In this document: positions 38,770 through 49,639 of the stretch, piece by piece | Layout of the letters: the number at the start of each line of letters is the position of its first letter | How positions within the stretch are numbered: position 1 is the stretch's first letter | From: Scyliorhinus canicula | Lineage: Eukaryota | Direction of reading: 5' to 3' | DNA: 64,000 nt | Assembly (NCBI RefSeq): GCF_902713615.1 | Contig: NC_052174.1 | Span: forward strand, 10,782,514 to 10,846,513 | Notes under the pieces: model-generated | The model's database searches: none | What the model saw: the letters and a program-made list of their open reading frames with translations, nothing else | Told to the model about the DNA's origin: nothing | Position numbers and translations under genes: made by a program

Positions 38770-39820
38770 ACCTTGTCATCACATGATAAGGAAATACCCC
38801 AGGATATGCTTCTTGCAACAGCTCAATTGTTTGACTTTCTATTGGCTTTTCAACCACAGCAGGCATTGCTCCCACCTGTGATCCAGCAATATCATTCCCT
38901 GGGATAACTTGTACCCCTGAAAATGTAATTTCTCTTTTACTCCTACCACTTTTCACCGCACTCTCTAACCTTGCCTTACATAGTGGCACACTATTCCACT
39001 CACCACTAATTCCACATATTACCACCTTTTAATAATAATAATAATTATTGTCAAGTAGGCTTACATTAACACTGCAATGAAGTTACTGTGAAAATCCTCT
39101 AGTCGCCACATTCCGCTGCCTGTTCGGGTACGCTGAGGGAGAATTCAGAATGACCAAATCACCTAACAGCACATCTTTCGCGACTTGTGGGAGGAAACCG
39201 GAGCACCCGGAGGAAACCCACGTAGACACGGGGAGAATGTGCAGACTTCGCACAGACAGTGACCCAAGCCGGGAATCGAACCTGGGACCCTGGAGCTGTG
39301 AAGCGGCAGTGTTAACCACTGTGCTACCGTGCCGCCCAATACTCCTTCCGGACTACATATCTCTTTATCGCTCACCATTAAAGTTTGACTTGCTCCTGTA
39401 TCCTTTAAGCTCTTAATCTCCTTACACTCCATATTGTAGACATGAGTAAACCTTACTCCCACAAATGATTTGGTACCTGCTTTTCCACCAGCCTCTGAAT
39501 AGGTTGTACACTGTGTTGCACCTCTTCCACTGGAACAATGGTTTCTCTTCCCACTTTAATAAACCCGCTAGCTTTTCCTGTTTTGATTAATCTGTCTTTC
39601 CAGTAATTTACTGACACCACCAACATTGCAACTTCATGTGTCCTACTTTATTACAATGAAAATGTTTAGGTTTTCTCGTCTCTCTTCCACTATCATAGGT
39701 TTCATGTTTAACTGAGGCAAACATTCCTTACTTTGCTTTGTGAACTCATTCAACATCATCTGCCATTTCTGCTGCCTGTCTAGCAGTTTTAACCCTTTGC
39801 TCTTCCATTTGAGTTATCAC
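38770..39820 (-). mobile_element. Gypsy gag/protease remnant
   Basis: CFHCNKVGHMKLQC zinc knuckle and KDTGASQTL protease motif; interrupted by a SINE at 39030-39337. Confidence 0.75.
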
Positions 39821-40646
39821 GGGATATGGTATTTTAAAACAAACTTTATTATTAACACAGTATTAAAATATCTTCAACATCAAACAAGAAAATAACTCAG
39901 ATATAATCAATACACTGACACAATAACCCTTAACTGCTATCTTTATTCACACTCAAACAACAAAATCATTTCAGCTCCCAATCCACTTTTAGTCACAGTT
40001 AGCAGACCCAGGGATACTTGTTGTACAGTGATACTCTTTGAGACTGCTTTAAGAGATAAACCTTAACCCTGTTAGAACAATGCAGGATCTGTAGCTGAAG
40101 TCTTCAGAAACTGTCTTCATGGTTTGACTTTCAACTCCCAACTGAAATTAACGGCCTCTTTTCAAAATGCCTGGTTCTCGAGCTCCTCCCATTAGACAAC
40201 ACATTTGCAAGCTTAAGTACAATGTATCTAATTAACCCCACAGGAAACTATCTTAACCCAAATAAAAGTGCATTAGCTCAAGCTTTTACGATGCTTTAAT
40301 TGCATTTCTGGCTCCTAAAAAGTCCAGCTGCCTTGCAAACCTGGATTTATTAATCTACGGCAGGGCCAGGGCAGGTACAAGAAGCTACTGCAGCTGTCAT
40401 ACACATTGTAACACATTCTAACTCAGGCTTTTAACCCTTTCTGTACCAAATATATATAACACGATAGATCTGGAATCCCAACAATCATCACACCTCAAAT
40501 TCTAAAGCAAAACCAAAAATGTCGGCAGATCAATTGCCAAATCTATACTCAGGGCACCTACACTTCAGTCACTCATTATTATTCCATTTGTGTTTCCAGT
40601 GCATCAGCTCAGTGTAAATCCTCCCTGTGTTCCTCTCTATTTCCAG

Positions 40647-40859
40647 ATCGGTCTGGGATCTGCTCTCATTGTGGATGATGGACACACAGCCGTAATTGAA
40701 CTGCTTAAAGTAGCTGCTTCAGAGTGGGGCAATGGAGTTGCCAGCTTGCTTCACCAAAGGTCTATCAAGCTGATAAGAGCGATGTCCTCAGAGGTTCAGA
40801 AGCAAAGTTTTATCACGGCGCTCAAGTTCTACAAAGGATGTTGTGTATTAGGCAAACAG
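40647..40859 (+). CDS. NAT16: NAT16/HISAT-like copy A, acetyl-CoA-binding GNAT exon (IGLGSALIVDDGHT...SEWGNGVA...VLGKQ)
   Basis: ttccag acceptor, CAG|gtac donor; 213 nt open; GNAT motif A variant. Confidence 0.9.
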
Positions 40860-41109
40860 GTACAATTTGCGTGCAGTTATACTCACACACCAGCTATGTT
40901 TCATTGTGTCACACTCCTGTCTCTGAGCTGTAAGGCTGGTGTTCCTACCAGAGATGGAGCATAAAAACCAAAGCTGCCACTCGCAGCACAGTTCGGAGGG
41001 AGTGCTGCACTGTCAGTGATGTTGACTTTTGGATGAAGTGCACTGATTTCCCAAGTGTCTGATCAGTTGAGTGTAAAGGTTCTCATGATGCCTATTTCAC
41101 AGGATCTCA

Positions 41110-41900
41110 TAATAATAGAGTGCAGGAGAGGACCATCGACCCATTGAGTCCGCACTGCGCCTGAAAAACACCTGACCTGCCTATCTGATCCCATTTGTCA
41201 GCACTTAGTCCATAACCTTGAATATTATGACGTGCCAAGTACTCATCCAGGTAGTGCGTTCCAGACCCTCACCATCCTCTGGCTTAAAACGATTTTCCTC
41301 CCAATCCTCCTAAACCTCCTGTCCCTCACCTTGAACTTGTGCCCCCCTCATAACCGACCCTTCACCTCAGGGGAACAGCTGCTCCCTATCCACCCTGTCC
41401 GTGCCCCTTATAATCTTGTCCACCTCGATCAGGTCACCCCTCAGTCTCTGCTCCAAGGAAAATAATCCAAGCCCATCCAACCTCTCTTCATAACCTAAAT
41501 GTTCCATCCCAGGCAACTGGTGAATCTCCTCTGCGCCCCCTCCAGTGCAATCACATCCTTCCTATAGTGTGGTGACCAGAATTGCACACAAAACTCCAGC
41601 TGTGGCCTCACCAAAGTTCTATACAACTCCAACATGACCTCCCTGCTTTTGTAACCCATGCCTTGACTAATAAAGACAAGTGTCCCATGTGCATTTTTGA
41701 CCACCCCATTAACCTGCCCTTCCGCCTTCAGAGATCCATGGACAAACACTCCAAGGTCCCTTTGTTCCTTGGAACTTCCCAGTGTCAGGCCATTCATTGA
41801 ATACCCACTTGTCGTGTTACCTCTTCCAAAGTGGATCACCTCACACTTTCCAGGGTTAAATTCCATCTGTCACTTTTGTAACCATCCCATCTATATCCTC
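41110..41900 (-). mobile_element. CR1 3' fragment
   Basis: MEFNPGKCEVIHFG...RPQLEFCVQFWSPH. Confidence 0.9.
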
Positions 41901-44886
41901 CTGTAAGACAAATGGGGAATTTCACTATTGTCCCTGGAAAAATGTACCCTGAATAAGAAAAATTATCCACTCGTTATCACGGTGTTCTTTGTGGGATCTT
42001 GCTGTGCACACACTGGCTTCAAATTATTATATCAATCTGTGTCTCTCTGTTTTTTACTATGTAATTGAACATAATGTATTCTCCTGGACAAGATTAACAA
42101 ACCCCAGTGCTGATCAACCTCTGCAACGCTGGGAAATTGACCCGAATGATGTTTTTCAGAAACAAACAACCAGAAATATAAATTTCACAGAGAGTCAGTG
42201 AGAGATTCTGTCTGAATCTTTCTCACTGAACAGTTTTAATGAGTGAAGGACAATGACCCATATCTTCCAGGTTTCCCGGCGTCGCATGTAGGGGATATCC
42301 CTATGATGTCCTGGAAATCCCTCCCGGATGTTCCAACGTGAGGGTTTACCCGAAAACCTCCCGGAAGTGCTAACTTCATCTGGACAATTACGCTGGGCTG
42401 GGAATTATCGGACAGACAATGATTTAGGTCACTAACTTCACATGGTCCTGCTAGTTTCACCCTGATAGTTACTCTGAAAGAGTTAGAGGAAAGAAGTCAC
42501 TCCTAACTGCAGAGTAACTATGTAAAAAACCCAAATGCAGAAACCTATCCCTCTTGGACGTAGCCCCCTCCTTCACTCCCTCCCGGACTGACGTCTGCCT
42601 CCCTTCCCCGCTGACGTCCAATTTGGATTGATTGTCACATGTTCTGAGGTATAGTGAAAAGTATTGTTCTGCGTACAGTCCAGACAGATCGTCCCACACA
42701 TGAAAAACATAGCACATACGGTAAATACAGTGTAAATACATAGAAATAGACATCGTGTGAAGCATATGGAATGTAGTGCTACTCAGTAGAGAAGACGCGT
42801 GAAGAGATCAGTTCAGTCCATAAGAGTGTCATTTAGGACATCCAAACTTCCCATCCCGGAGAAATCCATCTCCCTCCCTCCTAGACAGATCATCCCCCCA
42901 AATCCTTCCCCCCCTTCCTGGTTGACCCCCCCACACTTGCCCCCTGCCGTTCAAACCCCTGCCCCCCTCTCAATTGGGTACGAATACCTGCCCCCTCCCC
43001 CCTCGACATTCCCTAATCTTATAATTTACCCTCCCTCTTTATTGCAGCTGATCCTGTAAAAAGGAAGGGTTACTGACCTCTCTGCGCCAGTGGTACTGCC
43101 GTGCCAATCGGTGCCATGGTTCCCAAGATCCGAACTTTACGGACGCTTTTACGAACGGTCAGACCAGGTGTGTTTGACGTTCCTAAAAACGGTCGTAAAG
43201 GGCTTGGACTTCGGCCCATCGGCCAGCTGAGAATCGCTGCTCGCCGTAAAAAAACGGCGGGCAGCGATTCGTGTCGGGAGGCGGGCGTGGGGGGGAGAAT
43301 AGCGGGAGGGCGTCAGACTAGCGTGGCCGTACAAATTTACGACCCCCGCTATTCTCCGCACCGTCGTGAGTGCGGAGAATCGCTCCCCTCATTTTTTAAA
43401 TTACCCGCGATTCTCTGCCCGATTGCAATTCAGGTTTCCGGGAGTTACGATGCTCAGAATCCAGATCATGGTTGAGGTCTTAAAAATCTTGAGGAGTGTG
43501 CACAAAGCCAAAAGCGAGAAAGTGTTCCTGCTCGTGGAAGAACCAAGAACGAAAGAATACGGATTAGAGGTAATTTGTGAAAGGAGCAAAACGACATGTG
43601 AAACGCAGAGGGATTGGTTAGGGTCTGCCTGAGAGTATGGGAGAGGCAGATACAATCGAGCATTCACACGGAATTTAGACTGTTATTTCAAAAGAAAGTG
43701 TTCAGCATCACGGGGAGAAGGTGCGACAATGGCACTGGGTAATTGGCTCATGGGGGGGGGGGGGAGAGCCGGCACAGACAGGATGGGCCCAACGGCCTCC
43801 TTTTGCGCTGTAACAAATCCCTGATTCCATGATGTTAATTAGTGCCCTCTCACTGCGGCCATTGCCTGGAATCTGTGCTTGATGATCATGGGCAAATGTG
43901 GACTTGACCAAGTAGGAGGTCCGTCTCCCATGGATACCGCAGCGGTGGATGACGGGTGTGTGGGAGGACAGAGGGTAGAAGCAGAGAAATAGAATCCTCA
44001 ATGTAGTAAAATGTGATGCAAAATGTCCTTCAGCCTGCAGTGTGACTGAACTTTGCATTGATAAAGTGAGCTAACATCAAAAAGACAATATCAGATGATA
44101 AAATGTAATATAAAGAATAAACGTTTCACAATATTAGTAGGTTATACCAAATACAAAGCAATGTAGGGTAGGAGAAAGGGATTCACAGGATATGGGGCAA
44201 AGAAATAGGCCATTCAGCCCAACCAGCCTCTGCTGTAATCTTCCCAATTCTTGACAATAGTGAGGTTGAAGGGCAGCACGTTGGTGCAGTGGGTTAGAAC
44301 TGCTGCCTCACGGCACTGAGGACCCAGGTTCAATCCCAGCCCTGGATCACTCTCTGTGTGGAGTTTGCACATTCGCCCCGTGTCTGCGTGGGTCTGACCC
44401 CCATAAACCCAAAGTGTGCAGGGTAGCTGGACGTTACATTGACCCTTAATTGGAAAACTTAACATAAAAGAGTGAGGTTTCAGATGGGAGGTAAATGAGC
44501 AATGGGAGGGTCTCACAGAGAGATTGTTCAGGTACACACAAGGTACATTCCCACAATGGGGGTGGGAAATGTTAATGTTAAAATTTCACAATCCCAGTGC
44601 AGATCGGCAATCGTATCGACTACACTCTAATGATCGACGGCCTCACATTTCACCCTCCGACTGTCTGATTCCTGCGCCCGATCTACTCTTTATTCCAACC
44701 TTGTTTGTCTTTCACAAGCCCCAGTGCACCTTGTTTCACCCACCATTTCAATAAAATAGATTTGCATTGCTATAGCGCCTTTAAGCTCAGCAGCCAATCT
44801 ATGCATGGCAAGATTCCACAGTCAGCATTGGGATAATGACCAGGTAATATGTTTCTGGGGATGTTGTTGAGGGATCAGGATGTTTG

Positions 44887-44924
44887 TGACTCAGACTAGA
44901 GTGTGACCAATCGAACCACAGCTG
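44887..44924 (+). promoter_or_regulatory. Candidate promoter of copy B (TGACTCA, CCAAT, AACCACA, CAGCTG)
   Basis: Paralogous to 28041-28080. Confidence 0.45.
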
Positions 44925-45246
44925 ACTGGCACTGTGTCTGAATGCTGCACCCTGCTTCTCCAACCCAACAAATTTGTTCAATCCCTCCCCACGCTTATCC
45001 GCAAGTAAATTTCAACCAGAAAGTTGCAAATAGGACAGTGCCATCTGGTATGTTAAGGCAGGCGGGGCAATTTCTGTTCACCTGCACATTGAAGAGTCTG
45101 CTGTGACACGTCTCAATTCTATCTCCTACTCTGAAGGAAGGATTCCTGCCGTGTGCGTGGGGAAAATCCCAACATCCGACTCTCTTCCACCAGTTGGGTT
45201 ATTCTGGTCAGTATATGTAACACAGACAGAACCAGGACTTCTGAAT

Positions 45247-45275
45247 ATGGGTCTATCTCTCTCGACTTGTAACAG
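45247..45275 (+). CDS. NAT16-like copy B, predicted first coding exon (MGLSLSTCN-R)
   Basis: Paralog of 28384-28412; AG|gtaat donor. Confidence 0.6.
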
Positions 45276-45431
45276 GTAATGAACCAGTTGCTGTGCCAAA
45301 GCTGTTTCTATCTGTTCCTCTGTTAACTTTATAAACTCAGAAATAGTGTGTCAGTGATTGAGATATTGAATGAACTCAGCCTCACAACAGATGATCTGTG
45401 AATTTAATAGAGAATTCAGAATCCTGTAGAC

Positions 45432-45788
45432 CAGGGGTGGGCAAACTACGGCCCGCCAAAGGTATTTCTGCGGCCCACCAAGTCATTAAAAAAAAAAAAA
45501 AAAAATTTTTTTTAAGGTTAATGGGGGGGGGGGGGGGGGGGGGGGGGGGGTGCTGTTGGGTTACTTACTGGTATAGGGTGGATATGTTGACTTGAGTAGG
45601 GTAATCATTGCTCGGCACAACGTCGAGGGCCGAAGGGCTGTTCTGTGCTGTCCTGTTCTATGTTCTATATGAGGCGCCCAGAATCATAACCGGGTGAAGT
45701 AATTATTTTACTTAATATACTATGCGGCCCTTTGTGAATTGTGAATTTCTGAATGTGGCCCTTGCATGGAAAAGTTTGCCCACCCCTG
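45432..45788. mobile_element. Non-autonomous hAT (Charlie-like) element carrying an HE1 SINE tail
   Basis: TIR CAGGGGTGGGCAAACT / AGTTTGCCCACCCCTG; perfect 8-bp TSD CTGTAGAC at 45424-45431 and 45789-45796. Confidence 0.92.
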
Positions 45789-46023
45789 CTGTAGACCTTT
45801 CATATTTACTCTGTAAATGAAGAAAACCTGTATATTGCAACATATAATTATTTGTACTGAAATGCTCATAACTGTTCAATCAAATTTTACTTTAAACTTT
45901 ATTGTAATTTAATAATTGTCCAGAACTATGTTGTGAATAATGAATTGTTGTTTTCTTTGTGTCATCACCATCTGTCACTCACTCACTGACTGACAGAAAG
46001 AAAGAAAGAAAGTCATTCTTTCT

Positions 46024-46162
46024 NNNNNNNNNNNNNNNNNNNNNNNNNNNNNNNNNNNNNNNNNNNNNNNNNNNNNNNNNNNNNNNNNNNNNNNNNNNNN
46101 NNNNNNNNNNNNNNNNNNNNNNNNNNNNNNNNNNNNNNNNNNNNNNNNNNNNNNNNNNNNNN
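46024..46162. other. Assembly gap (139 N)
   Basis: Run of N next to simple repeats. Confidence 1.
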
Positions 46163-47308
46163 ACACATTGTAATTTACTCTTCTGTTTTGTCTGAATATT
46201 GTCACTCACTGTCTCTCTATTTGCTCGGTTCTATCAGTCTCTCTCTCACTTTCTCTCAACTCCAGGTTCTATCTCTCGGGCTCTTTTTCTCCCTCCCTTT
46301 CTCCACTATTTTCTGCTGCCTTTAAACAGTGTCAGTCTGGTCTTCGAGCACACGACTATTCCGTTGATAACGCCAAGCGCTGCTCCACGGGGTAATCCAG
46401 TCAGTAGTGACTGGTTGAGATGCATTTGTTTTTCCCCGAGACTAAAATAATTCGATGTGAAAGAGCAGCTGCTCCCTCAAGCGTCTGAGTCCCGGGTGGA
46501 GAGCGTAGAGGGTTAGGTAGGGACAGAGCAGTAACTCTCTAAACGCCCTTGTCCTGACATATTTTTCATCACTTGGAAACTGTAAAAGCCAGCGCAATAT
46601 AAAATAAAATCCAACAATGAAACTGCTCAATAATTCACCTTCGACGGCTAATTCATGGTTTATTCTGGAGTCACCGTCGACACCAACATGGCCGCCAGCT
46701 CTTTGCCCCTGTCAATATGACCATTAAAGGGGAGCCGGGGCCTCTCCCTCTGACCTGGGGGATCCGCTGCCCCATGTTACACTGAACGACCACTCAGGGG
46801 GTTAAAATTAATTAACACTTGATAATTGGCAGACAGAATGTGAAAAACAAACAGGTGTGGACCCAGGAGAAGGTCTCTACATTCACAGCCAGTTGAATGA
46901 TATTTATCTCCAGTTACAACCCACTTTTTTGCATAGATATTTGCAATTTAGGTTGTTCTGCCTGGGTGTTTCCCACATCACTGAGTCAGAAGGGCCTCTC
47001 CAGAAACCTGAGCATATAATCCAAACTCTGACCCTCACTGACAGACAATGAGTGACAATATTCAGACAAAAACAGAGAGAGTGCAGCACTGTCAGAGACA
47101 TTATTTGATGGGTGTGATGTTAATGTGAGTCCCGTTCGCCCTCTCAGGTGGATGTAAGTGTCCCTCGGTCAATATTTAAAGAGTCGATCAGTTCTTCTGG
47201 TGCCCTGGGAAAACTTGTTACTTAACCAACCTCACTGGAGAAATATTTTTTCATTTAATTTGGCTTCTCCTGTTCTGTCGTCCCATCTCCACACCCACCT
47301 GAATCCAG

Positions 47309-47402
47309 GGCGATGAGGTCTTCTGCGATCCACAGTTACCTGAGAGAACCAGGCGGGCGACCGATAGGGAGGCCCGGAGTGAGGAGCTATACGACCAGAC
47401 AG
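47309..47402 (+). CDS. NAT16-like copy B, predicted exon 2 (AMRSSAIHSYLREPGGRPIGRPGVRSYTTRQ)
   Basis: 94 nt with the same splice sites as copy A; 4 nt differences. Confidence 0.55.
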
Positions 47403-47616
47403 GTGGGTAGTGTGAGCTGCTCTCCCAGATGCTTTTTAACTCAACTGTCACCTCGTGACCCAGAGGTGATCAACCAAATGTAAATGGTGTCCTAATCCCA
47501 GCACCGCACTTCGGGAGGGACATAGAGGATTCAGAGAGTGTGGGGTAAAGATTGACAAGAATGTTTCTGGGTATGTGGAACTTCAGTCACTGGACAGACT
47601 GGAGAAGCTGGTGTTA

Positions 47617-49632
47617 TAATGCATTTAGTGTTGGCGAGTCCACTACTGTTGCAGGCAGGGCATTCCACGCCCTTACTACTCTCTAAGTAAAGAACCTACG
47701 TCTGACATCTGTCCTATATCTATCTCCCCTCAATTTAAAACTATGCCCTCTCATGCTAGCCATCACCATCTGAGGAAAAAGGCTCTCACTGTCCACCCTA
47801 TCTAATCCTCTGATCATCTTGTACGCCTCAATTAAGTCACCTCTTAACCTTCTTCTCTCTAACGAAAACAGCCTCAAGTCCCTCAGCCTTCCCTCATAAG
47901 ATCTTCCCTCCATACCAGGCAACATTCTGGTAAATCTCCTCTGCACCCTTTCCAATGCTTCCACATCCTTCCTATAATGCGGCGACCAGAATTGCATGCA
48001 ATACTCCAAATGCGGCCGCACCAGTGTTTTGTACAGCTGCAACATGACCGCATGACTCCGAAACTCAATCCCTCTACTAATAAAAGCTAACACATCGTAC
48101 GCCTTCTTAACAACCCTCTCAACCTGGGTGGCAACTTTCAGGGATCTATGCACATGGACACCGAGATCTCTCTGCTCATCCACACTACCAAGAATCTTCC
48201 CATTAGCCCAGTACTCTGTCTTCGTGTTATTCCTTCCAAAATGAATCACCTCACACTTTTCTGCATTAAACTCCATTTGCCACCTCTCAGCCCAGCTCTG
48301 CAGCTTATCTATGTCCCTCTGTAACTTGTAACATCCTTCCGCACTGTCCACAACTTCACCGACTTTAGTGTCATCTGCAAATTTACTCACCCATCCTTCT
48401 ACGCCCTCCTCCAGGTCATTTATAAAAATGACAAACAGTAGTGGCCCCAAAACAGATCCTTGTGGCACACCACTAGTAACTGGACTCCAGTCTGAACATT
48501 TCCCATCAACCACCACCCTTTGCCTTCTTCCAGCTAGCCAATTTCTGATCCAAACTGCTAAATCACCCTGAATCCCATGCCTCTGTATTTTCTTGCAATA
48601 GCCTACCGTGGGGAACCTTATCAAATGCTTTACTGAAATCCATATACACCATCTCAACTGCTTAAACCTCATCCACCTGTTTGGTCACCTTCTCAAAGGA
48701 CTCAATAAGGCTTGTGAGGCACGACCTACCCTTCACATAACCGTGTTGACTATCTCTAATCAAATTATTCCTTTCCAGATGATTATACATCCTGGACGGA
48801 ATTCTCCCGTGCGGAATCGGGAAGGCTGCCGTGAACTCGGCCGAGTTTCACGACAGCCTCGGAGGCCGCTCCTCGCACCCTATTCACCCCCCCCCCCCCC
48901 CAGGGGGCTAGGAGCGCCGCTGGGCCTTGACACTTGCATCAAGGCGGCACGCCGAGAATGACGCGATGGGGGCGCCTAAGTGACGTCAGCCGCACATGCG
49001 CAGGTTGGCCGGCTCCAACCCGTGCATGCGCGGCTGACGTCACGACGGCTCGAACCCGCACATGCGCGTTTGCAGTCTTCCCCTCCGCTGCCCCGCAAGA
49101 TGTGGTGGCTTGATCTTGCGGGGCGGCGGAGGGGAAAGAGTGCGTCGCTTTGAGACGCCGGCCCGACGATCGGTGGGCACCGATCACGGGCCAGTCCCCT
49201 CCTGAGCACGGCCGTGCTGCTCACTCCCCTCTCCGCCCCCCATAAGCTTCAAACGAGCATTTGGCGCCACGTTCATGCCGGCAGCGACCAGGTGTGGTTG
49301 GCGCCGTCGTGAACCGGTCGGGAACGTCAGGCCGCTCGGCCCATCCGGGCCGTAGAATCGCCGGCCTGCCGTGAAAAACGGCGAGCGGCAATTCATCCGA
49401 GCGGGGGATGAGAGAATCGTTGAGGGTGCCAGTGGGGCGTGTCTTGAGTCGCCCGGCCCTCCCGCGGTTCTCCCACCCGGCGTGGGGAGCGGAGAATTCC
49501 GCCCCCTATCTCTTATAAACCTTTCCAAGACTTTGCCCACAACAGAAGTAAGGCTCACTGGTCTATAGTTACCGGGATTGTCTCTACTTCCCTTCTTGAA
49601 CAAGGGGACAACATTTGCTATCCTCCAGTCTT
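47617..49632 (-). mobile_element. Young CR1 RT region (329-aa open ORF at 47683-48672)
   Basis: GVPQGSVLGP, FADDTK, RPHLEYCMQFW and GNYRPVSLTS motifs. Confidence 0.95.
48794..49504. mobile_element. GC-rich MITE (Harbinger/PIF-like) inserted in CR1
   Basis: TIR GG(A/G)CGGAATTCTCC; 3-bp TSD CCT at 48791-48793 and 49505-49507. Related ends near 3958-4220, 14190-14250 and 43370-43390. Confidence 0.8.
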
Positions 49633-49639
49633 CTTAGAC

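Larger units (their letters stand above)
27822..40975 (+). repeat. Segmental duplication unit A (NAT16-like)
   Basis: Colinear non-TE homology blocks: 27822-30250 with 44467-47610; 31190-31430 with 55920-56170; 36637-37145 with 56170-56515; about 37835 with about 60620; 40620-40975 with 63260-63612. Confidence 0.9.

Noticed and set aside
44467-47610. Unit B as an uncollapsed haplotype of unit A
   Set aside because: Exon 3-4 divergence and many unit-specific TE insertions are too great for alleles.
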